Shown: positions 22,692-33,114, counted from the stretch's first letter. The stretch: 64,000 bases of DNA from an uncultured Gemmatimonadales bacterium (GCA_963793305.1 CAWBZV010000002.1:256001-320000), one strand, 5' to 3'. Program-made: numbers and translations. Notes: a model not told the origin generated them from the letters alone.

Positions 22692-23961
22692 CGAGCGGAC
22701 GCGAACGGTTGTCGTGGTCGGCGCGCAGTGGGGCGATGAGGGCAAGGGCAAGCTCGTCGACGTCCTGGCCGAAGGCGCGGACTGGGTCGTGCGATACCAA
22801 GGCGGGGCGAATGCGGGGCACACGGTCGACCTCGGACCTCGCTGCTTCGTGTTGCACCAGATCCCGAGCGGGATTCTGCACCACGGCGTCCGCTGCGCGA
22901 TCGGCAACGGCGTAGTCCTCGACCCGGAGACGTTCTTCACCGAGATCGACACGCTCGTCGCCGACGGCGTCGACGTTGAGGGTCGCCTGTACGTCAGCGA
23001 CCGGGCGCACCTCGTCCTCCCGTATCACAAATTGGTTGATGCAGAAAGTGCCGCCAGCAAAGAAATCGGCACGACGGGTCGCGGCATAGGCCCAGCATAC
23101 GAAGACAAGATCGCGCGCCGCGGCGTGCGCGTCGTAGACCTGCGTCATCCGTCGCACCTCGAATCACTGGTGTCCCGTGGCGCTGAACACGCCAACGCGA
23201 TGCTCGAGCACTACGGCAGCGCGAAGCGCGCCGATGTCGGCCAAACGCTAGAAATCCTGCACGGTCTGGCCCCCCGCCTCCTGGCGCTCGCGGACAATGT
23301 GGGCCTGGCCGTCCATCGCGCGCGCGAGAGTGGCGCGGCGATCCTATTGGAGGGTGCTCAAGGGTCTTTGCTCGACATCGACCACGGCACCTATCCGTTC
23401 GTGACGTCGAGCAACACAACGTCGGGTGGAGCGGCAACGGGCGCCGGGATCTCCCCGCGATCCATCGATGCCGCATTGGGTGTCGTCAAGGCGTACACCA
23501 CACGCGTGGGCAACGGCCCCCTTCCGACCGAGTTCGACGAGCCGCTTGGCTCGCGAGTTCGCGAGCTCGGTCACGAGTACGGTGCGACCACCGGGCGTCC
23601 GAGACAATGCGGATGGTTTGATGCCGTGGTCGTGCGCTACGCCGTGCGCGTGAACGGCCTGACGCATCTCGCCGTGACGAAGCTCGACGTGCTCGACACA
23701 CTGGACCGCCTCGCGATCTGCACGGGATACGAAGCGGCGGGTGACGTGCACACCGAATTCCCGAGCGACCTCACGGCACTCGATGACATGGTGCCGCGCT
23801 ACGAGTGGTTCGAGGGGTGGCAATGCTCCACAGCCGGTGCGCGAACGCGGGAAGACTTACCACCCGCCGCTCGTGCCTATCTGGATCGCATTGAGGCGCT
23901 GGTCGAGGCGCCGATCAAATTCGTGAGCGTAGGCACGCGACGCGATCAGATCATATGGTAG
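22684..23961 (+). CDS. purA: Adenylosuccinate synthetase
   Basis: GAQWGDEGKGK, GGANAGHT and GTTGRGIGPAY. Confidence 0.98.
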   Translation: MFDERTRTVVVVGAQWGDEGKGKLVDVLAEGADWVVRYQGGANAGHTVDLGPRCFVLHQIPSGILHHGVRCAIGNGVVLDPETFFTEIDTLVADGVDVEGRLYVSDRAHLVLPYHKLVDAESAASKEIGTTGRGIGPAYEDKIARRGVRVVDLRHPSHLESLVSRGAEHANAMLEHYGSAKRADVGQTLEILHGLAPRLLALADNVGLAVHRARESGAAILLEGAQGSLLDIDHGTYPFVTSSNTTSGGAATGAGISPRSIDAALGVVKAYTTRVGNGPLPTEFDEPLGSRVRELGHEYGATTGRPRQCGWFDAVVVRYAVRVNGLTHLAVTKLDVLDTLDRLAICTGYEAAGDVHTEFPSDLTALDDMVPRYEWFEGWQCSTAGARTREDLPPAARAYLDRIEALVEAPIKFVSVGTRRDQIIW

Positions 23962-24953
23962 TCGTGGGGCGCGGGAAGACACCTTTTTCTATTGCCATCA
24001 TCGGCGCTGGGCCCTGTGGCTTGGCGGCGGGAATCGCTTTGCAACGTGCGGGCTATCGCGTCGTGCTCTATGACCGGTCGTGCGTGTGCTCGAGCATTGC
24101 GAGTTACCCGTTGTATACGCAGTTCTTCTCGACCGCCGAGAAGCTCTCCATCGGCAACCTGCCGTTCACGACGGGCGGCGACAAGCCGACGCGCCGGGAT
24201 GCACTCGGGTACTATCGCGCGATCGTGCAGCACTTCAACCTGCACGTGCGCCAGTACGAGCCGGTCGTCGACATTCGCAGCGAGCTCCCGCAATTCGTCG
24301 TGACGAGCGAGCGCCGGGCCGAGGGCAAGGTCCAGACGCCGTACGATGCCATCGTCATCGCCACCGGATACTTCGGCACGCCGAATCTCCTCGACGTACC
24401 AGGCGAGGCACTGCCGCATGTCTCGCACCTCTATAGAGAAGGGCACGAGGCGTTCCGTCGCGATGCCGTCGTGGTCGGCGGCGGAAACTCGGCGGTCGAC
24501 GCGGCGCTCGATCTCTATCGCAGCGGCGCTCGCGTCACGATCGTGCATTTCGCCGACAAGCTCGATGCGAACGTCAAGCCATGGATCCTGCCGGACATGC
24601 AGAATCGCCTCAAGGACGGCAGCATCGCGGCCCGGTGGAATGCGCACGTCACGCGCATCGATCTCGAGACGCTCGAAGTCGAGACCCCCTCCGGCGTCGA
24701 GCGTCTACCGGCGCAACACGTCTATCTCATGACGGGCTTCACCCCCAGCGTCACACTCCTGCGCCGTCTCGGCGTCTCGATCGATGACGCCACGGGCATC
24801 CCGATGCACAACGGCGCGACGATGGAAACGAACGTTCCGGGCGTTTTTATCGCCGGTGTCCTAGCCTCGGGGTACGACGCGAACAAGATTTTCATCGAGA
24901 ACGGCCGCAACCACGGCGACCACATCGCGCAATGGCTTTCCCAGAGACAATAG
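23955..24953 (+). CDS. YpdA-family putative bacillithiol disulfide reductase (flavoprotein)
   Basis: [36 protein letters not shown] and [10 protein letters not shown]. Confidence 0.85.
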   Translation: MVVVGRGKTPFSIAIIGAGPCGLAAGIALQRAGYRVVLYDRSCVCSSIASYPLYTQFFSTAEKLSIGNLPFTTGGDKPTRRDALGYYRAIVQHFNLHVRQYEPVVDIRSELPQFVVTSERRAEGKVQTPYDAIVIATGYFGTPNLLDVPGEALPHVSHLYREGHEAFRRDAVVVGGGNSAVDAALDLYRSGARVTIVHFADKLDANVKPWILPDMQNRLKDGSIAARWNAHVTRIDLETLEVETPSGVERLPAQHVYLMTGFTPSVTLLRRLGVSIDDATGIPMHNGATMETNVPGVFIAGVLASGYDANKIFIENGRNHGDHIAQWLSQRQ

Positions 24954-26314
24954 AAAAAATCGTCTCGCTCGCGAAGCGACACGGTTTCGTCTTCCAATCC
25001 TCCGAGATCTACGGCGGCGCCGGTTCCGTATGGGACTACGGCCCGCTCGGCGTCGAGCTCAAACGCAACGTCAAGGACCGGTGGTGGAACGCGATGGTCC
25101 GGAGCCGCGACGACATCGAAGGTCTGGATGCCGCCATCCTCATGCACCCGAAGGTGTGGGAGGCCAGCGGCCACGTCGCCGGATTCACCGACCCGTTGAT
25201 CGATTGCAAGACGTGCAAGGGTCGCTTCCGCGCCGACAAGCTCGTCGATGCGCAGTGTCACCAAAAGCCGAGTCGCCACCCTGGCGACCCTGGCACGCCG
25301 TGCGTGTTGACCGAGCCGCGGCAGTTCAACTTGATGTTCAAGACGTTCATGGGCCCAGTAGAAGAGTCAGCGGCGGTCGTCTACTTGCGCCCGGAGACTG
25401 CCCAAGGGATCTACGTCAACTTCCTGAACGTCCAGCAATCATCTCGCCAAAAAATCCCGTTCGGCATCGCACAAATCGGAAAGGCGTTCCGCAACGAGAT
25501 CACCCCGGGCAACTTCACCTTTCGAACCCGCGAGTTCGAGCAGATGGAGATGCAGTTCTTCGTCGAGCCGGGCAAGGACATGGAGGCGTTCGAGTACTGG
25601 AAAGCGAAGCGCATGGAGTGGCACCAGGCGCTCGGCCTCGACCCCGCGCGGCTCGAATTTCACCAGCACACGAAAACCGAGCTGGCGCACTATGCGAAGG
25701 CCGCGTTTGATATTCAGTTCGATTTCGGGGGCACGCTTGGCTCGCAAGAGATCGAGGGCATTCACAATCGCGGTGATTTCGATCTCACACAGCACCAGCA
25801 ATACTCGGGCAAGCGCTTGGAGTATTTCGACCAACCCAATAATCGTCGTTTCGTCCCGTATGTGGTCGAAACCTCGGTCGGCGCCGATCGCGTGACACTC
25901 GCGGTCCTGGTGAATGCCTATCGAGAGGAGACCGTCGAAGGCGAAGAGGAGGGGCGCACCGTATTAGCCCTGCATCCGGCACTCGCTCCGACGAAGGCCG
26001 GCGTATTCGCACTCGTCAAGAAAGATGGCATGCCGGAGTTTGCTCATAAGTTGGCGGAGGATCTGAGACGGCGTTTCCCCGTGTACTACGATGAGTCGGG
26101 CTCAATTGGCCGGCGATACAGAAGACAGGACGAAGTCGGGACGCCGTACTGTCTCACGATCGACGGCCAGACGATGACCAATGGCACGGTCACGATCCGC
26201 GGCCGCGATGACCTCAAGCAGGTGCGGATCGCCGCCGACCAGGTCGCGTCGCGCTTGCATGATCTGCTCGCGGCCGATCGGCCCCACGCACGAATCGAGG
26301 ATCTGGTTGGCTGA
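24932..26314 (+). CDS. glyQS: Glycine--tRNA ligase, homodimeric (alpha2) type
   Basis: [24 protein letters not shown] and [15 protein letters not shown]. Confidence 0.97.
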   Translation: MAFPETIEKIVSLAKRHGFVFQSSEIYGGAGSVWDYGPLGVELKRNVKDRWWNAMVRSRDDIEGLDAAILMHPKVWEASGHVAGFTDPLIDCKTCKGRFRADKLVDAQCHQKPSRHPGDPGTPCVLTEPRQFNLMFKTFMGPVEESAAVVYLRPETAQGIYVNFLNVQQSSRQKIPFGIAQIGKAFRNEITPGNFTFRTREFEQMEMQFFVEPGKDMEAFEYWKAKRMEWHQALGLDPARLEFHQHTKTELAHYAKAAFDIQFDFGGTLGSQEIEGIHNRGDFDLTQHQQYSGKRLEYFDQPNNRRFVPYVVETSVGADRVTLAVLVNAYREETVEGEEEGRTVLALHPALAPTKAGVFALVKKDGMPEFAHKLAEDLRRRFPVYYDESGSIGRRYRRQDEVGTPYCLTIDGQTMTNGTVTIRGRDDLKQVRIAADQVASRLHDLLAADRPHARIEDLVG

Positions 26315-27821
26315 CCTGACGTTGGAGCGCCTGCGGACCGAGGCCAACGCCCTGATGGAAGAGATCTCGCGCGAGTTCTATCTCTCGCACGCGGGCCTCA
26401 AGCCGGACGCCGAGCTCGTGCCGATCTACGCGCGCCACGCCGCGGTCGTGAGCGACAATGCATTGGCCCTCGCGCGCGACGAGTATCGCCGCGCGGCAAA
26501 AGACTCGGAGGACCAGCGAGCCGCGCGCATTCTGCTCGACTTCGTAGTTGATACTCGCGCGCAGCGGGCGTTGGCGCCAAGCGAAGAGCGCGAGATCGCC
26601 TGGGAAAGCACCGCCATGGTGCAACTCGGCGACGGTCGAGCCATCCCCTACGCGCGGACAGCGATCGAAATAGGCAACGCGACGGACCGGCGGGAGCGCT
26701 CGGCACTGGACATGGCGCGAGCCACGCTGGTCGAGGCCGAGCTGGCGCCGATGCGGCTGGAGCGGTTCCAACGCGAAATCGATCTCATGGCCGGCATGGA
26801 GATCGCGCCGAGCTACAACGCCACGTTCGAGGCCTTGAGTGGGATCGATCTCGCGAAACTCATGGGAGAGTGCGAGGGCTTTCTCCGCGACACGGCCGAG
26901 CTCTGGCGCGAGCTCTTACCGCACGCGGTGAAGCGCTCGCTCGGCGTTCCCGTCAGCGATTTGACGCGCGCCGATGCGCTGGCCCTGTTCCGGGCGCCGC
27001 AATTCGACGGTGCGTTCCCGGGCAATGCCATGGAGCCCGCCGTGCGACGGCAGATGGGCGAGATGCGGATGGATCCGGACGCCGGTGGGCGCGTGCGCTT
27101 CGATGTCGGCGAGCGGGAAGGCAAGCGCGCCCGCGCGTTCTGTGCTCCCGTGCGTGTCCCCGAAGAGATCTACCTCGTGCTGCGTCCGCACGGAGGGCAA
27201 GGCGACTACATGACGCTGCTGCACGAGCTCGGGCACGCCGTGCACTTCGCGTACACGCGCGCGGATTTTCCTTTCGAGTATCGTTGGGCTGGTGACAACT
27301 CGGTCACCGAGTCGTACGCCATGCTCTTCGATCATCTGACCCAGAATCGGGGCTGGCTGGCCCGGTACACGGGGCTGGGCCGCGACCTGCCGGCATACCT
27401 CCGGGCGGCGGCCCTGGAGGAACTGCACTTTCTCAGGCGGTACTCGGCGAAGCTGATCTACGAGGTGCAACTGTACAGCGGCCGGCTCCCGTGGTCTGCG
27501 CTCCCCGATCTCTACGTCGAGACGCTCTCCTCGGCGACCTCGTTCCTCTACTCCCGCTCTGACGCCTTCGTCGACGTCGACCCGCGGTTCTATTCGGCCA
27601 GATATCTGCGGGCGTGGCAGCTCGGCGCGTTGCTCGCCCAGTCCCTCGTTGAGCAATTCGACGCCGACTGGTATCGCAACCCGCGCACCGGTCCCTGGCT
27701 CGTCGAGAACCTGTTCGCCGAGGGGCAGCGCGAGACCGCCGACGAAATCGCGCGCCGCGTCGCCGGACGGTCCCTGAGCTTCGCCCCGGTCATCAACGCG
27801 CTCGAGGGCTTGCTGGGTTAG
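26307..27821 (+). CDS. M3-like zinc oligopeptidase
   Basis: [16 protein letters not shown] (HExxH) and a downstream TESYA glutamate; TTG start. Confidence 0.8.
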   Translation: MADLTLERLRTEANALMEEISREFYLSHAGLKPDAELVPIYARHAAVVSDNALALARDEYRRAAKDSEDQRAARILLDFVVDTRAQRALAPSEEREIAWESTAMVQLGDGRAIPYARTAIEIGNATDRRERSALDMARATLVEAELAPMRLERFQREIDLMAGMEIAPSYNATFEALSGIDLAKLMGECEGFLRDTAELWRELLPHAVKRSLGVPVSDLTRADALALFRAPQFDGAFPGNAMEPAVRRQMGEMRMDPDAGGRVRFDVGEREGKRARAFCAPVRVPEEIYLVLRPHGGQGDYMTLLHELGHAVHFAYTRADFPFEYRWAGDNSVTESYAMLFDHLTQNRGWLARYTGLGRDLPAYLRAAALEELHFLRRYSAKLIYEVQLYSGRLPWSALPDLYVETLSSATSFLYSRSDAFVDVDPRFYSARYLRAWQLGALLAQSLVEQFDADWYRNPRTGPWLVENLFAEGQRETADEIARRVAGRSLSFAPVINALEGLLG

Positions 27822-27845
27822 CCGTTCGCAGTAGCTTTTGGCTCC

Positions 27846-29081
27846 GTGCACCAAGGCCACAGCGCGATCGAAATCGGGGCCGTGCGCGAGATTGTTCAGG
27901 CCCTGCTGACCGCCGAACGCCCGGACAATGTCTTCCGGTTCGCGCTAGAACGCGTGAGCCCTGTCGTCGGTGCCACATTCGCCTCGGTGTACCTGATCGA
28001 CGGCCCGTCCGAGCTGATGCGCCTCGCCGCGTCCTACAACTGGCCGGCCCGCTACGCCCCATGGCTCGACGACATGCGCGTCCGCGTCGGTTTCGGGCCG
28101 AGCGGTGAAGCCGCGAGCGAGCGGCGGGCGATCGAGGTGCCGGATGTCTTCGCCGACCCCGCGCTCGAGGACTGGCAGGATGTCGCGGCCGAGTTGGGCT
28201 TCCGCGCGCTGATCGCGCTGCCCCTGCAGACGGGCCACCGCGTGCTCGGCGCCGTGACGTTCTACTTCGCCGAGTCGGGCAGCCCGAGCGTCGAGCGGAG
28301 AGCGTTGCTCCGGATCGTCGCCGCGCAGATGGCGGCGACTGCCGAGAAGGCCGCGCTGATCGGCGAGTTGCGCGACGCCCAGCGGGTGCGCGAGGAGTTC
28401 CTGACGAACATCTCCCACGAGCTCCGGACACCGCTCACGACGATCATGGGCTACCTGGCCTTACTCCAGGATGAGCTGGCGGGCCCGCTCAGCGACCGCC
28501 AGCACAGCGATCTGCGCCACGCACGCGACGCCGGCGAGCGTCTCTTGGTGCTGATCGACGATCTCCTCGAGTTGACCGCGCTCGCCAAGGGCAGCGTTGA
28601 CGTCCGGGCCGACGCATTCGATCCCCGGGAGCCGCTCCGCGACGCCGTCGCGCGGTGTCGGCCGGCGCCCGCGCCCGGTCCCAAGATCGACGAGCCCACG
28701 GGCTTGCTACCCTGTGTCTGCAGCGACAGGGGAAAAGTCACGAAGATCCTGGTCAACTTGCTGGACAATGCGTACAAGTTCGCGGGTGATGGCGCCGTCA
28801 CGATCTCGGTCCACGTCGAGCACGACCGGGCGGTGTATCGGGTGTGTGACACCGGCGTCGGCGTTCCGCCCTCGTCCCGTGGGCTCATCTTCGACGACTT
28901 CCGTCAGGTCGATGGGTCGTTGACGCGACGCTACGGCGGGGCCGGCATGGGTCTCGCGCTCTCGCGTCGCCTGGCGCGCCTTCTCGGCGGGGAGATCGAC
29001 CTCGAGTCGGCGCCAAACGAGGGCTCGACGTTTACCGTCGGCATCCCCTTGGAGTACCGGCTGGCCGACGCGGCGAGTTAA
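27846..29081 (+). CDS. GAF-domain sensor histidine kinase (soluble)
   Basis: GAF region, SHELRTPL H-box, NLLDNAYKF, DTGVG and GAGMGL. Confidence 0.93.
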   Translation: MHQGHSAIEIGAVREIVQALLTAERPDNVFRFALERVSPVVGATFASVYLIDGPSELMRLAASYNWPARYAPWLDDMRVRVGFGPSGEAASERRAIEVPDVFADPALEDWQDVAAELGFRALIALPLQTGHRVLGAVTFYFAESGSPSVERRALLRIVAAQMAATAEKAALIGELRDAQRVREEFLTNISHELRTPLTTIMGYLALLQDELAGPLSDRQHSDLRHARDAGERLLVLIDDLLELTALAKGSVDVRADAFDPREPLRDAVARCRPAPAPGPKIDEPTGLLPCVCSDRGKVTKILVNLLDNAYKFAGDGAVTISVHVEHDRAVYRVCDTGVGVPPSSRGLIFDDFRQVDGSLTRRYGGAGMGLALSRRLARLLGGEIDLESAPNEGSTFTVGIPLEYRLADAAS

Positions 29082-29092
29082 CTTCCCTGGCC

Positions 29093-29362
29093 ATGCCGCC
29101 TACCGTCCAAGCCACCCGCACGTCCCTCGACGGCGAGTCTGTGCTGACGCACGCCACGCGCTTCTTTTCCCGCCAAAACTCGCTCTACCCCGCATTCCCC
29201 GAGAAACGCGGTCCCGCCTACGCGACATTCCGCGGGCAGGGCGGAGAAGAGATCACGATCGGCGTCGCATCATCGCCCGAGGGCGGCACCGCCGTCACCG
29301 GCTCATCGTACATGTTCGACGCCCAGATCGCGCGGTTCTTCTCGACGCTGCCACCCGCATGA
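29093..29362 (+). CDS. Small hypothetical protein (89 aa)
   Basis: Its stop overlaps the next ATG (ATGA). Codon usage looks genic. No motif recognised. Confidence 0.7.
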   Translation: MPPTVQATRTSLDGESVLTHATRFFSRQNSLYPAFPEKRGPAYATFRGQGGEEITIGVASSPEGGTAVTGSSYMFDAQIARFFSTLPPA

Positions 29363-29673
29363 CGGCTTTCGTCACGTCGCTTCGCGCGCGGCCCGAAACC
29401 ATCGTGCTGGGCAAAGGGATGACGATCCGCGTCGAGATGGCGGAAGTCTGGGACGCGGTTCGCGTAGAGACCCCAATCACCGAGCCGATTTCGGAGATCA
29501 AGGCCGCCGCGCTCAAAGCCCTCTATCCCGACGACCACTCGGACGCCGATTTCGTCGTGAAGCTCAATGGATACGAGATTCTCGACGAGAGCGTGCCGGT
29601 CTCGCAAACAGGAGCCATCGACGGCTCGACGTTGCTGGTGACGTTCCGTCGGCGTCGACCGGTTCGGTCCTGA
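29359..29673 (+). CDS. Ubiquitin-like (beta-grasp, YukD/EsaB-like) protein
   Basis: By-eye match to ubiquitin: EPISEIKA vs DTIENVKA, NGYEILDE vs AGKQLEDG, GSTLLVTFRRR vs ESTLHLVLRLR. No C-terminal Gly-Gly. Confidence 0.6.
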   Translation: MTAFVTSLRARPETIVLGKGMTIRVEMAEVWDAVRVETPITEPISEIKAAALKALYPDDHSDADFVVKLNGYEILDESVPVSQTGAIDGSTLLVTFRRRRPVRS

Positions 29674-30602
29674 CGGTCGCGTACATCTCGCACGCCGACT
29701 GCGGCCGGCACGACACGGGGTGGGGCCACCCTGAACACGTCGGCCGCCTCCGGGCGATCACTCGTGCGTTGCGTGATGACCCCGAGCTCTTCCAGCTGAT
29801 TGATCACGTCGAGGGCCGCCACGCCACGGTCGACGATCTCTCTCTGGCGCACGATCCCAGCTACATCGATGCGCTCGGCTCGATCGTCGCGCGCCTCCAG
29901 GAGCCCGCTAACCTGACACCGGACACGGTGGTCAGTCCGGGTTCGTTCGCGGCCGCGACTGCGGCGGTCGGCTGTGTTTTGGACGGCGTAGACCGGTCGC
30001 TCGATGGGCGCTCGATGAGAAGCCTCTGCGCGGTCCGTCCGCCCGGACACCACGCCCTGCGGGACGAGGCGATGGGGTTCTGTCTCTTTGGCAATGTCGC
30101 CATTGCGGCGCATTACGCGAGGCAGAGACGTGGTCTGGAGCGGGTGCTGATCGTCGACTGGGACGTGCACCACGGCAACGGAACGCAGGCGCTCGTCGAG
30201 CGCGACCCGGGGATACACTTTGTGTCCATGCACCAGTGGCCCTGGTACCCGGGCACCGGCGCAGCCGAAGATCGCGGACCGCATGAGTCGGTATGGAACG
30301 TGCCAATGCCCCCGGGACTCGCCCCGGGGGTCTACGTGGATGCGTTACTCGCGGCCGTGGACGCCGCGACGGCCGGATTTTCACCCGATCTCGTGCTGAT
30401 CTCGGCCGGATTCGACTCGCTCGCTGGCGACCCACTTGGCGGGTTCACGCTCGAAGTCTCTGACATGGTTCAACTTACGCGCGAGTTGGTCGGGCGCGCC
30501 GAGGGTTGGTGTCAGGGGAGGATCGTGAGCGCGCTCGAAGGCGGATACGTTCCCGAACGCGTCGGTGCGGCGTGCGTCGCCCATCTGCGGGCCCTCGCAT
30601 AG
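29670..30602 (+). CDS. Histone deacetylase family (AcuC/AphA-like) Zn-dependent deacetylase, apparent CTG start
   Basis: HPE, RPPGHHA, GFC, DWDVHHGNGTQ, SAGFD and EGGY. The HPE segment lies upstream of the first canonical start (29769). Confidence 0.93.
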   Translation: MTVAYISHADCGRHDTGWGHPEHVGRLRAITRALRDDPELFQLIDHVEGRHATVDDLSLAHDPSYIDALGSIVARLQEPANLTPDTVVSPGSFAAATAAVGCVLDGVDRSLDGRSMRSLCAVRPPGHHALRDEAMGFCLFGNVAIAAHYARQRRGLERVLIVDWDVHHGNGTQALVERDPGIHFVSMHQWPWYPGTGAAEDRGPHESVWNVPMPPGLAPGVYVDALLAAVDAATAGFSPDLVLISAGFDSLAGDPLGGFTLEVSDMVQLTRELVGRAEGWCQGRIVSALEGGYVPERVGAACVAHLRALA

Positions 30603-30615
30603 GTTTATTGGCACA

Positions 30616-31422
30616 ATGAGCACGTCGACCCCGCGCGTGCGTCCGACCCCCCCGCCAGCGCCAGCCATTCTCCGCCTCGTGCAGCTCGCTGTGCTGGGTC
30701 GCTGGCGAGCCACCGGGGAGCAGCTCTATCGGGAGGTCGTCCGGGTCGCGGATATCGGCCGCTCGCAGGAGGTACTCGTCTCCGGTTGCGGCGATGGCGT
30801 CACCGCCGAATGGCTGGCGCGCCGGACCGGCGCGTCGGTGACCGGAGTCGACGCAGACGGTGCCCGGATCGAGCACGCCGAGCAGCGGGCGCGGTCCATG
30901 CCAGTCCGCTTGCCGTTGTCCTACAGCCAAGCGCCGCTCGACGATCTCCCGCACGAGACCGCGGTCTTCGATGTCGCCATCGGCGAGCCCGCATTGGCCG
31001 CGGCGCGCGTCCCCAGCCGGGCCGTGTCCGAGCTGGTACGGGTCGTCAAGCCAATGGGATCCGTCGTGCTGCTCGAGCTCACGTGGGGCTCGGAGCTCTC
31101 GCGCGAAGAACGCGAGCTCGTCGTCGAGCGATTGGGCCTCCGCCCCCATCTGCTGGTCGAATGGAAGCAGATGCTGCGCGAGGCGGGCGTCGTCGATGTC
31201 GTCGTCGAAGACTGGACCTCCGCCGGAGGCACCCCACGCGATGGCCGCCCGGTGCACCTCACCTGGCAACAGAAGGTTCAAATCGCGACCCGTGCCTGGC
31301 GCAAATGGGGATGGCACGGCGCGCGCCGTGCAGTCGAAAAGGAGCTGTCGTTGCTGAGAGAGTTGTCGGATGAGCGGGCCATCGGGTTCCAGCTGATCAA
31401 GGGCGTCAAGTGGCGGAGCTGA
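30616..31422 (+). CDS. Class I SAM-dependent methyltransferase
   Basis: VLVSGCGDG motif I, VTGVD, FDVAI and RVVKPMG. Confidence 0.85.
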   Translation: MSTSTPRVRPTPPPAPAILRLVQLAVLGRWRATGEQLYREVVRVADIGRSQEVLVSGCGDGVTAEWLARRTGASVTGVDADGARIEHAEQRARSMPVRLPLSYSQAPLDDLPHETAVFDVAIGEPALAAARVPSRAVSELVRVVKPMGSVVLLELTWGSELSREERELVVERLGLRPHLLVEWKQMLREAGVVDVVVEDWTSAGGTPRDGRPVHLTWQQKVQIATRAWRKWGWHGARRAVEKELSLLRELSDERAIGFQLIKGVKWRS

Positions 31423-32124
31423 GCTCCGGCGTCCGCCTCTACGGCATCGTCAGCGCGCAGGAAGCGGACGGACGACAGAATGCCGGACGGCGCCTGCGTC
31501 GTCCCGTTCCGCGATCTTGCGGCGATTACCACCGAGTGTTCCCCCGGCGAAGCCTTCTCCTGGCGCCGCACTCCAGCCCCCCCAAACCTCGATACCTACC
31601 GGGGCGTCATCGAAGCGGTGTTCGAGCAATGCTCGATCGTCCCGGCGCCGCCCGGGATCATCTTTCGCTCGCGCCAGGCTATTGTGCGTTGGATGGAGCT
31701 TCATTACGTCGCGCTCAGCGACGCGCATGCGTTCATCGATGGCCGCGCGGTCGGGCGCGTGCACGTCGAGCGCCGCGCGCCCTTGCTCGCAGGAGCGAAC
31801 GTACGGCACGAGCTCCTCGCCGGCGAAGCCGTGGCCCGCGAGGTGTTCCGCTCCCTGTCGGGTCACGCCGTCACGTGGACCCCGATCGGGGGCGCCCCGG
31901 TCGGTGCGACGGGCGAATATCCCGCTGTCCCGGCGACGACGGGCGCAACGGCTGAATACGTTGCGTCGGACGCCTCGCAGGCGTCTTTCTTGATCGATCG
32001 CGCGCATTGGGCGGACTTCGAGGCTGCGGTCGCCGAAGAGGACCGGCGCGATGCTGCGCTCGGCGTCTGGGTATCCGGCCCCTGGCCGCCGTACGACTTC
32101 GTCCGATTGCAGTTCGGAGGGTAG
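31410..32124 (+). CDS. GvpL/GvpF-family protein with an apparent +1 frameshift at ~31450-31480
   Basis: N-terminal RLYGIV in frame 31410; FRDLAAI, IVPAPPG, ASFLI and C-terminal SGPWPPYDFV in frame 31480. Confidence 0.8.
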
Positions 32125-32127
32125 GCT

Positions 32128-33114
32128 CTGTTTTGCCCTGACTGCGGCACGTGGAACCGCGGTGTCGCCGTTCAGTGTGCGCGCTGCTCGGCTCCGCTTC
32201 CGGAAATCACCGGAGGGCCGGCCGAATCTCCGGATTCCGAGATCGGCGCGCTCCGACGCTTGACCGGCAATCGCTACCGCATCGTGCACCGCCTCGGCTC
32301 CGGCGGCATGGCCCACGTCTACTACGCCGAGCATGTGCAACTCGGCCGCCCACTCGTCATAAAGGTCCTGCACGCGCATCTGGCGCGCGAAGCGGAAATG
32401 CGCGAACGATTCCGGCGCGAGGCCGAGGCGGCAGCGCATTTAGTCCACCCGCATATCTGCCCGATCGTCGATTTCGGCGAGAACGATGACGTTGTCTACT
32501 TGTTGATGCCGTTCTTGGGTGGCGGCTCGTTAGCCGACCGTCTCGTCCGCGACCGCACGGTGCCACCAGTCTTCGCGGCCACGGTCACGGCCCAGGTCTC
32601 ATGCGCTTTGGATTATGCGCATCGCCGCGGCGTGATTCATCGAGACATCAAGCCAGATAATATTTTGTTCAATGACGATGGCTTCGCGCTGGTGACCGAC
32701 TTTGGCATCGCCACCGCGCGACGACATGGGCGCTTGACGGGCACGGGGCGAGCGATGGGGACGCCCCATTACATGTCGCCGGAGCAGGCCATGGGACGCC
32801 TCGTCGACGGCCGATCCGATCTGTATGCCCTCGGCGTCATGCTGTACGAGATGCTACTGGGATTCCCCCCGTTCAATGGCGCGGACTCGTATTCCGTCGG
32901 ATACAAGCATGTGCATGAGGCGCCCGTGCCGCCGGAAGTCGTCGACTCCCGCACGCCGGCGCCGCTCGCGGCCATCATTATGAAGTGCCTGTCGAAGAAC
33001 CCCGACGAGCGCTTTCAGCGCGGGAACGACGTAGCGGACGCGTTGTTACAGTACTTGGCCGAACAAGCGTCTTTGGCCGAGTTCCGGACGGCCTGGCTGG
33101 CGAGAGCGTCGTAA
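32128..33114 (+). CDS. Hanks-type Ser/Thr protein kinase with N-terminal Zn ribbon, apparent CTG start
   Basis: FCPDCG...CARC in frame upstream of LGSGGMA, HRDIKPDN, DFG and GTPHYMSPEQ. GGAGG lies 7 nt before CTG 32128. Confidence 0.93.
   Translation: MFCPDCGTWNRGVAVQCARCSAPLPEITGGPAESPDSEIGALRRLTGNRYRIVHRLGSGGMAHVYYAEHVQLGRPLVIKVLHAHLAREAEMRERFRREAEAAAHLVHPHICPIVDFGENDDVVYLLMPFLGGGSLADRLVRDRTVPPVFAATVTAQVSCALDYAHRRGVIHRDIKPDNILFNDDGFALVTDFGIATARRHGRLTGTGRAMGTPHYMSPEQAMGRLVDGRSDLYALGVMLYEMLLGFPPFNGADSYSVGYKHVHEAPVPPEVVDSRTPAPLAAIIMKCLSKNPDERFQRGNDVADALLQYLAEQASLAEFRTAWLARAS

Noticed and set aside
29359..29673. Ubiquitin-type conjugation or sulfur-carrier system
   Set aside because: There is no C-terminal Gly-Gly and no E1, E2 or JAB gene in the window. 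Kept only as a non-conjugated Ubl candidate.
31410..32124. Gas vesicle cluster
   Set aside because: No gvpA/J/K/N or other gvp gene is present in the window.
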